DNA of 64,000 bases from an uncultured Hyphomicrobiaceae bacterium (GCA_937931785.1 CALHAX010000008.1:7892-71891), one strand, 5' to 3'. Shown: positions 18,371 to 28,121, counted from the stretch's first letter. Notes: a model not told the origin generated them from the sequence alone. Numbers and translations are program-made.

Positions 18371-20839
18371 TCAGTGCCGGCTCGGCAGTGCGACCATCGT
18401 GCTCCAGTAACCATTCAAAGTTGTGATCACGTCTTTCAAACCTTCGGCCGATGAAGGCTTCGAGATGTACGAGCTGACGCCCAGATCGTATGTCTTTTCG
18501 ATATCGTCTTCCGAATTCGATGTCGTCAGAACAATCACAGGAATGCGACGCAGCGAGGGGTTCGACTTGATGTGCAACAATGCCGTACGGCCATCCATTT
18601 TCGGCATGTTCAGGTCAAGAAGAATAAGACCAGGCCGTGGTCGATCCGCGTATTCACCGATACCATTCAGATAGTCCAGCAGTTCTTGGCCATTCTCCAC
18701 GAAATCAATTTCGTGCTTGAAGTCGCTGTCGCCGAAGGCTTCACGCATGAACATGCGATCATCCGCATCGTCCTCAGCGATCAAAATCGGAATATCGTGC
18801 GAAGGACCGGGGCCCACGACAGCAGACTCCTCGTCGCATGGGGCGACACCCCGTTCTGCTTGAGGCGTTGGAGCCGACATGATCTCGGGTAGAGCGACTT
18901 CTGTCATCTGTGGAACGTCGATCTCAAGGGATGGCTCGATCGTCATGTACTCGGTCTCGGAGGCAACGAAGTCGTCCTCATCGGCGCACGGCAGCAGTTC
19001 GTCGTAGAGCTCCGGTGCGATGACAGCAGAAACAATCGGTTCAACAGAGTCTGCTGCAGGTTCACCAACCATCATTTCGCAGAAGTTCGGCACTGCGGTT
19101 GAAATTTCATCGTCGACGATGATGGACTCTTCAACGATTGTAAAATCCCGAGACGACAAAGGAGCAGATTCAGAAGGTTCTGACGGAGCGTGTGCGAAAG
19201 GTTCACTCGTTGGCGGGAAGTCGAAAATATTGCTTGTTGCAGCGATAGGCGCTTCCACTCCGGAGCAGTCAGGTGTGGTTGCCAAATCAACGAAATCGGG
19301 TTCAGCGTCGAAAGTAATTTCACTTGAGGTGGATTGATTTTCGTCTGTATCGTCTGTTGCAGGAGAGGTCAGATCGTCCGCAGTAATCTGCATAGCGGGA
19401 GAGGAGGCGGCGAACATCTGAACAAAGTCAGCGAGGTCCTGCCGCAACTCAGGGGTCGGCGTTGTATCGGGTTCGACATTGTCGGATGGTGTTGTATCTT
19501 TCGTACCGGCTATATCGATCAGAGGCTCTGCCGTCGCCGCAGCAGTGGTTTTATCTGCTGCAATTTCATTCTCAGAAACAACCAGGTTGCCAACGCCATG
19601 TGAAACCTCGTTGCTTGTCACAACCATGTTTGTATCTGGCGCTGTCGGTTCTGCGTCCAGAATTTGCGTTACTTCAACTGGAGCAGGAATAATCGGCACA
19701 ACAGGCTTGATGAGGTTTTCTGCAGCACGGTTAGACGCTTGAAGGGCTGTAGTAATGCGAGCTGTCATCGGGTCAACGAACGAGGAGGTGGACTCGGTTT
19801 CAACCATGCCACGAGCATCATTTTTTGTCTCTTCGAGTGTCGTCTCTGATGCGGCAACTATAACGGGATCTGCTGTTGTGACGGCCTGGTCATCAACAGG
19901 AATGGTCGCCGAGGTGTCTGATGCGAATGTCAGCGTCACCGTTTGTTGGTAATCGAGAACCTGATCGCGGAAGACTGGAGCCTCGACGTGAGGTGCTTCC
20001 TGGCGGAACGTTGGGTCAGTTTCCTGCACATGGTCTTCGGTCGGAGGAGCAATGTCAGAGTTTTCGTCCATATTTCTTGTATCCTGCGGCGTGACAATAG
20101 ACTGGTCCATCAGGAAGGCATCCTCTTCATTATATTCATCGAGTTCAGCAAGATCTGAAGCTGTGTGGCTAGCGTCGGATAGATCCTCTGACAGGCCTTG
20201 TTCACTGTAGTCGGCAGGGTTTTTCACTGTCTCGGTTGGATCCAGGACAGGAGTATCGACCTTCTCGTCTACTGTAGACAACACCGCGTCGGCAGTATCA
20301 TCTGAAACGGCAACATCGTCGCCTGCAGCCAACTCCAACGTGCCAAGGGAGTTGTTGAGAGCATTGACCTGAGCATCAACTGCTTCGGCCATGTTGTTAT
20401 GCACGAATGGTGCGTCGTCGGTTTTGACTTCGATCTCGATTTCAGCGTTTGCGTCGTGCTGTATGTCAGTTAGATCGCGTCGGGCCGAAGGGGCTTTCAC
20501 GCGGCGCAGGGTTCCGCGGTTTTTTGGTACTGAGGACGAGACAATCTGTCTGCGTACAGGGTTCTTGATCTTTGGTTCATCAAGGAAGACGACGCCAACT
20601 TCGCCGGTGCGTCGCCAGACGACCTCGACATCAGCTTCAAAACCGTCCAGTTCGATCAGAAGCTCAAAGGTTTCCGGAACAGAAGAATGATCCTTGACCT
20701 GCAGTCGTGCACCGGTGTCCGAAATGTCGCGCACCACGCACGGAAGTGAGGCGCAACGTGCTGCAAAGGCGATTTTCCCGCCTTTGAGGACGCGTTTACG
20801 TTCCGATTGTCGTGCCTCTTCTGGCGTGGACAGCGCCAT
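18371..20839 (-). CDS. PilZ domain + long acidic linker + response-regulator receiver (Rcp1-like)
   Basis: N-terminal RQSERKR and DISDTG. C-terminal ILIAEDD, ILLDLNMPKMDG, VLTTS, YISKP, YW. Confidence 0.85.
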   Translation of the reverse strand: MALSTPEEARQSERKRVLKGGKIAFAARCASLPCVVRDISDTGARLQVKDHSSVPETFELLIELDGFEADVEVVWRRTGEVGVVFLDEPKIKNPVRRQIVSSSVPKNRGTLRRVKAPSARRDLTDIQHDANAEIEIEVKTDDAPFVHNNMAEAVDAQVNALNNSLGTLELAAGDDVAVSDDTADAVLSTVDEKVDTPVLDPTETVKNPADYSEQGLSEDLSDASHTASDLAELDEYNEEDAFLMDQSIVTPQDTRNMDENSDIAPPTEDHVQETDPTFRQEAPHVEAPVFRDQVLDYQQTVTLTFASDTSATIPVDDQAVTTADPVIVAASETTLEETKNDARGMVETESTSSFVDPMTARITTALQASNRAAENLIKPVVPIIPAPVEVTQILDAEPTAPDTNMVVTSNEVSHGVGNLVVSENEIAADKTTAAATAEPLIDIAGTKDTTPSDNVEPDTTPTPELRQDLADFVQMFAASSPAMQITADDLTSPATDDTDENQSTSSEITFDAEPDFVDLATTPDCSGVEAPIAATSNIFDFPPTSEPFAHAPSEPSESAPLSSRDFTIVEESIIVDDEISTAVPNFCEMMVGEPAADSVEPIVSAVIAPELYDELLPCADEDDFVASETEYMTIEPSLEIDVPQMTEVALPEIMSAPTPQAERGVAPCDEESAVVGPGPSHDIPILIAEDDADDRMFMREAFGDSDFKHEIDFVENGQELLDYLNGIGEYADRPRPGLILLDLNMPKMDGRTALLHIKSNPSLRRIPVIVLTTSNSEDDIEKTYDLGVSSYISKPSSAEGLKDVITTLNGYWSTMVALPSRH

Positions 20840-21020
20840 GTCTTACCCCGCTCCGCATTCGTCGCGACGCTGGCGCGAGGAATAAATACGGATTTAAATC
20901 CAGAATACAGAAGTGGTTTACCATGCAGGGATTACCAGTCTGTTTCTATCGAGGTGTGTTCGGGTTATGAATTTGTTTCCAGAACGTTAACATGTGGCTC
21001 GAATTGAATTGGTATTTCCC

Positions 21021-21935
21021 TCATATGAGAAAAAGAAGCACACCTGCGGCGAGAAGTGCGATTCCGGTAACTTCGGCGATGGAGCTCTTCTCACGGAAAT
21101 AAAGCCAGGAAATAAGAAGCGCAAAAATCGCCTCGACCTGCCCAACCGCCTTCACATAGGATGCATTTTGCATCGTCATGGCTGTGAACCAGCCGATGGA
21201 GCCCAGTGCGCTTGTCAAGCCGACAAAAAAGCCAGGTTTGCGGTGGTGCCACATGGCGGCAAACGCCGATGGTTCTCGAAACACGAGCCAGATGCCAACG
21301 ACAACGACTTGTATCAGGATGACCGCGACGACTGTCCATGCTGCGGCTGCAACAAATGGCAAACCCAGCGAAAGGCTGGCTTCCCGCAGAAATAGATACG
21401 AGAACGTGAAGGCCAGTCCGGTCGCCAAGCCAATCTGCACCGGCAAGGAGGTGAAGGTGGCAAGTGGATGGCGCAACGTATCGCGCCAGGCTCCGGCGTT
21501 TGTTTTTCCTCCTGCTATGAGGAAGACACCCGCAAGCGTGACAATGATTGCAAACCACCCCGCTAATGATATGGACTCAGAGAAAAACACGGAACCCAGT
21601 ATCGCCGTCATCATGATGTCCGATTTCGGTAACATGGAGCCCACGGCGAAGTTGCGCAGAGTGAACAGGTAAATCAGTAACCAGGTTGCGATGACCTGTG
21701 CCAGCGCCGCTCCAAGGCTGTAGAGCCAGAATACACGAGGCAGTGTGGGCACCGGGTCTGTGCCACTGCTGTGTATGATCATGAGGTAAACCACAAGAAA
21801 CGGAAGCCCGAACAGCGAGCGCACATAAGTCGTCGCCATTGTAGAGAGATGTGCGTTCAGGCGCTTCTGGCCGGCGGTTCGCACAGCTTGCATCAGAGCT
21901 GCAAAAATGCTGATCGCGATCCAAAGACTGCCCAT
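21021..21935 (-). CDS. DMT/EamA-family transporter
   Basis: About 10 TM helices, Q..R...QK.L, RNFAVG, VKAVGQVE. Confidence 0.85.
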   Translation of the reverse strand: MGSLWIAISIFAALMQAVRTAGQKRLNAHLSTMATTYVRSLFGLPFLVVYLMIIHSSGTDPVPTLPRVFWLYSLGAALAQVIATWLLIYLFTLRNFAVGSMLPKSDIMMTAILGSVFFSESISLAGWFAIIVTLAGVFLIAGGKTNAGAWRDTLRHPLATFTSLPVQIGLATGLAFTFSYLFLREASLSLGLPFVAAAAWTVVAVILIQVVVVGIWLVFREPSAFAAMWHHRKPGFFVGLTSALGSIGWFTAMTMQNASYVKAVGQVEAIFALLISWLYFREKSSIAEVTGIALLAAGVLLFLI

Positions 21936-21939
21936 CGCT

Positions 21940-22869
21940 TTATCTCCCCACCAGATGCATTGCGATGGCTACGGTAACAATACCGAATGCCGTCGAGAAA
22001 AGGATTGCAGTCGAGACGCGTCGCGCCGCCTGTCCGTAGCTCTCTGCAATCACAAAGACATTACCCGCAATCGGTATGGCGGCAAATGTCACGGCAATGG
22101 CCAGCCAGTCGTTACGCACATCAAGCCAGATGCCAAGAGTCAGCCAGACAATGATTGGATGTACGACAAGCTTGAGAACAGTCATTAGCGCGATGGGGTG
22201 ACGCGCTCCGGCGACCTGGCGACCGGCGAGCGATGCACCAAGTGCGAAAAGGGCTGTCGGTCCCGCAGCGCCACTCAGGAATGTGAGAAACCGATCCATT
22301 GGGGCCGCAATGTCTGTTCCGAGAGCGCTTAGTGTTAGTCCAGCAGCAATTGACAAAAGGAACGGATTGAAAATGACACCAGTCACTGTTTTTCTAAGAC
22401 CACTCCACCCGCCGCCGCCTGTATGAATTTCGAGAAGCGCAATAGAGAAAGGGATTATGAACACCAGGTCCACGATCATGGCCATTGCAAAGGGGCCGGC
22501 GACAACCGGACCGAATGCGGCAAGTGCCAGGGGTAAGCCCAGAAATCCAAGGTTTGGAACGGCCGCCGCCTGACCTGAGATCGCCATTTCACCAAGCGTC
22601 GCTCTGAACAATGCGCGTGCAGCCAATGCCCCCACTGCAAACATGAAAAGACCGCTCGCGAGGTATCCACCAAGAAACACGGGGTTTAGTATATCTCCGA
22701 AGGACTGGCTGCCGATGGCCTTGATCAACAACGCAGGCGTCGCGAAGTAGAAAACAAACACATTGAGACTGCGCACGGCGTTCTCGCCAAGCATGCCGCG
22801 CCAGGCAGCAAGATATCCAAGGCCAGCCACAGCGAAGAACGGCAAGGTCAGTTCAAGGATCAGTGTCAT
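21940..22869 (-). CDS. AEC (auxin efflux carrier) family transporter
   Basis: FVFYFATPALL, NLGFLGLPL, NPFL, PTALFALG, KLVVHP, P.AGNVF. Confidence 0.9.
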   Translation of the reverse strand: MTLILELTLPFFAVAGLGYLAAWRGMLGENAVRSLNVFVFYFATPALLIKAIGSQSFGDILNPVFLGGYLASGLFMFAVGALAARALFRATLGEMAISGQAAAVPNLGFLGLPLALAAFGPVVAGPFAMAMIVDLVFIIPFSIALLEIHTGGGGWSGLRKTVTGVIFNPFLLSIAAGLTLSALGTDIAAPMDRFLTFLSGAAGPTALFALGASLAGRQVAGARHPIALMTVLKLVVHPIIVWLTLGIWLDVRNDWLAIAVTFAAIPIAGNVFVIAESYGQAARRVSTAILFSTAFGIVTVAIAMHLVGR

Positions 22870-23080
22870 GAAGGAAAGGCCAGGCGGGCGGTGGTCACTC
22901 GACCGCCATTGATGAGTACACAAGCGGGGGTATCACGTCCAATGTGTGAAGGTACAGGCAGGAAGCGAATGTATGTGATACCGGTTTGCAGCGCCCCCCT
23001 TGCGTTCGCACCTGTGCCTTGTCATGGAGAACGCTAACTCAGAACTCATCTGTCAAATTTCGTTTGAAAGTGCGTCGTCC

Positions 23081-24028
23081 ATGACATCTGTTCTTTGTAT
23101 GCATCACAGGCCCGATGATTTCCGCGGACTTCTGGAGGAACGTTTTCCGGATGTCACGGTCGGTTATGCGTCGACCAACGACGAAATCATCACACAACTG
23201 GCGTCGCTCCAGCCGGACGCTGTGTTCTCGATCAAGGGTCCTGAATTCCCTGGAAACCTGCACCACAAGGCCGTTGAAGCTGCCTGTGTGAAATGGATTC
23301 ATGTGGGCGGGTCCGGCTACGAACACATCCAGCCCTTTGATCCGGACAAAGTCACTGTAACCAACAGTGCAGGAGTTCTGGCCCGACATCTCGCCGAGAC
23401 GGCAACCGGGGCAATTCTTGCGCTCAACGGCAATTTTTTTCCCTACCATCGCCAGCAGCAGGCGAGGGTGTGGCAGAGCCGAACGTTCAAACCGCTTGCC
23501 GGGCAATCCCTGCTCGTGGTGGGCCTCGGTCATATTGGCGATTGGGTTGCACGGAACGCGAAGGCACTTGGAATGACGGTGCATGGCGTGCGGCGTCGAC
23601 AGGAACCAGTTGCTCATGTCGATCAAATTTTCCCCCCGGAGCAGTTGCATAACGCTTTACGCCAGGCGGATTTTGTGTCGCTCCATGTCCGCGCCTCGGA
23701 CGAAACGCACCACATGATGAACGCGGAGGCGTTCGCCGCGATGAAGCCTGGCGCATTCCTGCTGAACACCGCGCGCGGTGCCGTCGTCGATACGAACGCG
23801 TTGATAAAAGCGCTTGATGCCGGACAAGTGGGAGGTGCCTATCTCGACGTGTTCGAGGAAGAGCCATTGCCGGAAGATCATCCACTCTGGTCGCGGGACG
23901 ATGTGTTCATGACACCGCACGCGTCCGACAATATCAGTGGGTGGGAGCAGGAGTTCGCCCGGTTCTTTGGCGACAATCTGGAGCGCTGGATCAAGGGCGA
24001 GCCGCTCGTCAATCCGGTCACGGCGTAA
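23081..24028 (+). CDS. D-2-hydroxyacid dehydrogenase family
   Basis: VGLGHIG, LLNTARGAVVD, LDVFEEEPL, TPH. Confidence 0.92.
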   Translation: MTSVLCMHHRPDDFRGLLEERFPDVTVGYASTNDEIITQLASLQPDAVFSIKGPEFPGNLHHKAVEAACVKWIHVGGSGYEHIQPFDPDKVTVTNSAGVLARHLAETATGAILALNGNFFPYHRQQQARVWQSRTFKPLAGQSLLVVGLGHIGDWVARNAKALGMTVHGVRRRQEPVAHVDQIFPPEQLHNALRQADFVSLHVRASDETHHMMNAEAFAAMKPGAFLLNTARGAVVDTNALIKALDAGQVGGAYLDVFEEEPLPEDHPLWSRDDVFMTPHASDNISGWEQEFARFFGDNLERWIKGEPLVNPVTA

Positions 24029-24036
24029 CGCGCGAC

Positions 24037-25062
24037 ATGGCACCGCGCGCAAGCAAGACACCGAAACAAAAGATCATCAACCTCGCATTGCAGGGGGGTG
24101 GCGCACACGGAGCGTTCACCTGGGGTGTGCTCGATGGACTCCTCGAGGATGGACGGATTGGCTTCGAGGCTGCAACATCCGCGTCGGCCGGATCCATGAA
24201 TGCTGTCGTTCTTGCACATGGCTTGACGACGGGGGGAAGCGACGGTGCGCGACAAGCGTTGCATGACTTTTGGGAGCGTGTGAGTGGCGCGTCGAGCCTG
24301 ATGCCAGGCCGTGGCGACGCATTTCTCGGGATGGACTGGGCGCCGTTCTTCACCGAAGTTGTCATGGACACGGTGTCCCGGATGTCCTCGCCCTACCAGT
24401 TCAATCCATTGAATTTCAATCCTCTGCGAAAGGTTCTCGAGGACTTGGTTGACTTCGAACGTATCCAGCAGGAGTGCGCGATCAATCTGTATCTCTCTGC
24501 AACGAATGTTCGGACTGGAAAGATAAAAATCTTTCAGGACGAGGAGGTCACGCTGGATGCCGTGATGGCCTCTGGATGTCTGCCGCAGGTGTTTCAGGCC
24601 GTCGAGATCGAAGGAGAAGCATACTGGGACGGCGGGTACATGGGCAATCCACCCATTTACCCTGTCATTTACCACTGTAAGTCGAGCGACATCCTGATTG
24701 TGCACATCAACCCACTCGAACGGGATGAGATTCCCAAAGATCCTTCGTCCATCATGGATCGCGTCAACGAAATTTCGTTCAACTCATCTTTGATGCGGGA
24801 AATGCGTGCCATCGCGTTCGTCACAGACCTGATCGAACGCAAGCAGATCAAGGAGCGCAGGGTACGCAAGATGCATATTCATGCTGTCGAGGGAGAAAAC
24901 CTGATGCGCACACTCGGAGTCGCCAGCAAGCTCAATCCTGAATGGTCATTTCTCAAGAAATTGCGCGATGAAGGTGCCGCAGCCGCACGCAGCTGGCTCA
25001 ACAAGCATTATGCCGATATCGGGAAACGGTCGTCGGTCGATATCCGCGCCAAGTACCTCTGA
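24037..25062 (+). CDS. Patatin-like phospholipase/esterase
   Basis: LALQGGGAHGAFTWG, SASAG nucleophile elbow, YWDGG. Confidence 0.9.
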   Translation: MAPRASKTPKQKIINLALQGGGAHGAFTWGVLDGLLEDGRIGFEAATSASAGSMNAVVLAHGLTTGGSDGARQALHDFWERVSGASSLMPGRGDAFLGMDWAPFFTEVVMDTVSRMSSPYQFNPLNFNPLRKVLEDLVDFERIQQECAINLYLSATNVRTGKIKIFQDEEVTLDAVMASGCLPQVFQAVEIEGEAYWDGGYMGNPPIYPVIYHCKSSDILIVHINPLERDEIPKDPSSIMDRVNEISFNSSLMREMRAIAFVTDLIERKQIKERRVRKMHIHAVEGENLMRTLGVASKLNPEWSFLKKLRDEGAAAARSWLNKHYADIGKRSSVDIRAKYL

Positions 25063-25127
25063 ACGTCAAAAGCTGCACGAGCATCAAATAAGAGGAATTG
25101 ATGCGCGTGCAGCCGGTTGTATCACCG

Positions 25128-25559
25128 CTACTCAACGGTGACGGAAATCCGTTCGGACATCACGGGGGGATTGTGCGGAATGTGGTTCTGGTCTCCGAGC
25201 ACAAGTTGCAGGGTGTGCGTGCCGACAGGCAGTTTCACAGTGACTTCCGTCTGACCACCACCGTAGTGAATATGCTGGTCGTCGCTCGGAATGCCTTCGT
25301 TCAATTCATCACCTTCGATTTTCTCGTTGATGATGAGATGATGATGGCCGGTTTTTTCCTTTTCTGTCCCGGCGGGTGCAACACCCATTCCGGACAGGCC
25401 AAAGCGGATTGTGACCGGGTTTTGAACCTTTGCCCCGTCTTCAATTCCGATAAAATATACTTTCGCCCCCGCCGGAGACGGCGTGTCACCAGCCTGGGCG
25501 ATTGTTCCAATGGCAAGTGTTGTTGCGAGCGCAGTCGCAGCGATAGTCAGTTTTTTCAT
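25128..25559 (-). CDS. DUF4399 periplasmic protein
   Basis: Signal peptide, GMGVAPAG, TGHHHL, HYGGGQTE, GTHTLQL.LGD..H.PH. Confidence 0.9.
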   Translation of the reverse strand: MKKLTIAATALATTLAIGTIAQAGDTPSPAGAKVYFIGIEDGAKVQNPVTIRFGLSGMGVAPAGTEKEKTGHHHLIINEKIEGDELNEGIPSDDQHIHYGGGQTEVTVKLPVGTHTLQLVLGDQNHIPHNPPVMSERISVTVE

Positions 25560-25598
25560 GAGGGGGGTCCTCTCGGTGGTTTGGTTGCACAGTAAGAT

Positions 25599-25624
25599 AA
25601 CACCAAGTAGGACACATAACTTCC
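25599..25624 (-). promoter_or_regulatory. Putative ECF-sigma promoter for the DUF4399 gene
   Basis: Minus strand GGAAGT-N17-GTT, about 40 bp upstream of the ATG and divergent from an ECF sigma gene. Confidence 0.4.
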
Positions 25625-25664
25625 CGGATGAGAGTGAAATTTTGTAACACTCTCGTCAGGTAAG

Positions 25665-26276
25665 ATGAGGCACCCAGATAAGGCAACTGTTGTAACCATG
25701 TTGGCACCCACATCAGAATTTCGAGAAGGTCTGATCGAGGTACTTCCGGCACTGCGGCGGTTTGCGCTCGTTCTGACCCGCGCCGATGCCGATGCCGATG
25801 ACCTTTTGCAAGCCACGTGCGAGCGGGCGCTGACGCGCTGGAGCCAGTTTCAGCCCGGAACGAACCTGACAAGCTGGCTATTCTCGATCATGCACTCCAT
25901 CTGGAAAAATCTGGGCCGCAAGCGGGCCACACGGCAACGTGCCCACACCGAGCTTTCACATCAAACCAGTTTTGAAGACGGCGATCGTATCGTCAGCGGG
26001 AAGATTGCGGTCACAGAGGTGTTATCGTGTCTCAAGGCCATTGATCCAGATCAGGCAGCGGCGCTGACGCTCATAGCCTTGGATGGTTTGTCGTATCGAG
26101 AGGCAGCAACGGTGCTTGATATACCGCAAGGCACGCTTGAGTCCCGCGTCGCACGTGGACGGATCGCGCTGGGCCGAATGTTGGATGGACCTGAGCCGAC
26201 CAGGAATATGGGGGCCGCAAGACCTGTCGCACAGCAGATATCGGCGACAGGCGTGGCGAAAGGGAACGTGCAATGA
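25665..26276 (+). CDS. ECF RNA polymerase sigma factor (alternative start 25698)
   Basis: LPALRRFA..L, DADDLLQ, SWLFSIM, GLSYREAA.VL.IP.GT..SRVARGR. Confidence 0.92.
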   Translation: MRHPDKATVVTMLAPTSEFREGLIEVLPALRRFALVLTRADADADDLLQATCERALTRWSQFQPGTNLTSWLFSIMHSIWKNLGRKRATRQRAHTELSHQTSFEDGDRIVSGKIAVTEVLSCLKAIDPDQAAALTLIALDGLSYREAATVLDIPQGTLESRVARGRIALGRMLDGPEPTRNMGAARPVAQQISATGVAKGNVQ

Positions 26277-27127
26277 CGATCACAGATGAGCAATTGCTGC
26301 AGCTGATCGACGGGCAGCTGGACGATTCCGCTTCGGCCGATCTGCATTTGCGCATTGCCGCTGATGAGGACGCAGCCACACGTCTGCGTCTCATGACAGC
26401 AAGTGACGCGATGCTGCGTGCCGCGCCTATGCCGGATGCAACAGGTTTGGACACCCTGAAAGCGGCCATACGTTCCGGCACGCTGGACCCGCGCGTTGAA
26501 CAGAGTAAAGGCGTTTCTTCGCTGGCGGGATCTTCAAGGCAGGCACGCATGCCCGCGGCGCGTCGTTCCTCTTTCATCACACCGCTGCAAATGGCTGCAT
26601 GTCTCGCAATTCTGACCCTCGGCGCACTGGGTGGCTACGTTGGCGGATCAGTGTTGAGCGATAGCGGTGAGGCCGAAATGGCTGGACAGCCCACATGGGT
26701 CATGCGCGTCGTTGACTATCACACACTATATGGACGTGAGACGGTTACGCCGGCAAAAGCGTCCCGTGAAACGATCGCGTCTTTGCAACAGACATTCGAA
26801 AATGCTCTCAACAACCGCATGCATATCCCGACAATGGGCGGGCGGAAGCTGGAATTCCGGCGCGGCCAGGTACTGCGCTTCAAGGAGACGCCGATCATTC
26901 AGCTTGCTTATTTGCCTGATGAAACAGGTGCCCCCGTGGCGCTGTGCTTGCGACCTTCTTCAAAACCGGATGCCAAGCCGGAATACGTTTCATTGCGCGG
27001 AATGGGGGTGGTGCGCTGGCGCAGGAATGGGTTGGATTACATTCTTGTCGGACATCGCATGAAAGAGGATCTTCTGGCAGATGCAGACCGCGCGATCAGC
27101 GAAATTGTAGCAGCCGAAACGATCTAA
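26273..27127 (+). CDS. Transmembrane anti-sigma factor
   Basis: ATGA overlap with the sigma gene, N-terminal DE.L...IDGQL, one TM helix, periplasmic V..YH.LY and QLAY. Confidence 0.85.
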   Translation: MTITDEQLLQLIDGQLDDSASADLHLRIAADEDAATRLRLMTASDAMLRAAPMPDATGLDTLKAAIRSGTLDPRVEQSKGVSSLAGSSRQARMPAARRSSFITPLQMAACLAILTLGALGGYVGGSVLSDSGEAEMAGQPTWVMRVVDYHTLYGRETVTPAKASRETIASLQQTFENALNNRMHIPTMGGRKLEFRRGQVLRFKETPIIQLAYLPDETGAPVALCLRPSSKPDAKPEYVSLRGMGVVRWRRNGLDYILVGHRMKEDLLADADRAISEIVAAETI

Positions 27128-27304
27128 CTTGTGCTCTGTAAAAGTATATCAAGGCACATGCGGAGACTGTGTTCACAACAACAAATGTGATCAATTCACA
27201 CGTTGCAATCAGCGCTGAAAAGTCAGAAGTTTCCCCCGCATGGTCGCGACCCGCCGAATTCGGGGCGTGATCTCGCTTCCTCAAAGCAAGTAACGAGGTT
27301 TGTC

Positions 27305-27544
27305 ATGAGATATGCTCGAAACGCCTTGACGATGATGTGTGCGACTGCACTTGCGGCGACGGCAGGGACAGCTTTAGCTGACCATAAGAAACACAAACGC
27401 TCCGGGACCCATGTAAGCGCGCCGTACACGAAGGTCGATGTCGACAAGACCGTCCGCGTGAAAGCCCCGTTCACAAAAGTGAAAGTCGGAAAACGCCGCG
27501 TAAAGGTACGGGCGCCTTACGTAAACCTCGACATCAACTGGTAA
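27305..27544 (+). CDS. Small secreted basic protein with three V-x-A-P-[YF] repeats
   Basis: GAGG RBS, signal peptide ending ALA, repeats VSAPYTKV / VKAPFTKV / VRAPYVNL. Confidence 0.7.
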   Translation: MRYARNALTMMCATALAATAGTALADHKKHKRSGTHVSAPYTKVDVDKTVRVKAPFTKVKVGKRRVKVRAPYVNLDINW

Positions 27545-27579
27545 AGCCGGGCGAACGTTCGCGTTTTGGAAAAATTTAT

Positions 27580-27620
27580 AAGGTCGGCGCTGCGCGAAAG
27601 CTGCACCGACCTTTATTTGT
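27580..27620. terminator. Hairpin between convergent genes, probable terminator
   Basis: AAGGTCGG...CCGACCTT stem with A/T-rich flanks. Confidence 0.6.
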
Positions 27621-27631
27621 TGTCGCACTGA

Positions 27632-27952
27632 TCAACTGTTCCAGCGACCACCACGATCTTCAAGGCGTAGCCCACCGCAGACACTGCTCAGGCGGATATC
27701 GTGTCCGATGTGCTCGCACACGCGCTGCTTGTGATTGATGTTGTTGCGCAGGCGTCGGCCAGATGTCTTGATGCCGTAAGTCTTTGCAACACGCGCCATC
27801 TGCTCATGCTCGCAGTATGGTGTGATGATCCTTGAATTCTTGTTGATCTGGGTACTTCCGTCGCATTTGATTGCGTGCGCGGTTTGAGGTGCCGATGTCA
27901 TGGTAACCAAGGCAACGGCAAGCGATGCACCGAGTGCAAATACAGGTCTCAT
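27632..27952 (-). CDS. Small secreted protein with four Cys
   Basis: AGGAG RBS, signal peptide ending AHA, IKC...TPYC...VC..IG.DIR...VC. Confidence 0.75.
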   Translation of the reverse strand: MRPVFALGASLAVALVTMTSAPQTAHAIKCDGSTQINKNSRIITPYCEHEQMARVAKTYGIKTSGRRLRNNINHKQRVCEHIGHDIRLSSVCGGLRLEDRGGRWNS

Positions 27953-28046
27953 GGATGTCTCCTGTTCGTGGGGTGATTACAACATAACACGCTTGGTGCA
28001 GGCATCGTCCATCACGAGCAGTAACGGAGACGCCATCGCGCAATCC

Positions 28047-28079
28047 AAAAACAAAAGGGCCGCTCTAGTGAGCGGCCCT
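28047..28079 (-). terminator. Rho-independent terminator (minus strand)
   Basis: AGGGCCGCTC-ACTA-GAGCGGCCCT followed by TTTGTTTTT. Confidence 0.85.
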
Positions 28080-28121
28080 CGTGAGACTGGCTGGACAATC
28101 AGCCCGATCCGAAGATCCGGA

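Noticed and set aside
20917-20995. CtrA site upstream of the PilZ-REC gene
   Set aside because: Only half-sites (TTTACCAT, GTTAAC) without N7 spacing, too weak to call.
24037-25062. Patatin as an anti-phage (CBASS CapV-like) effector
   Set aside because: No cyclase or other defence genes nearby. The sequence is the common metabolic LQGGGAHGAF type.
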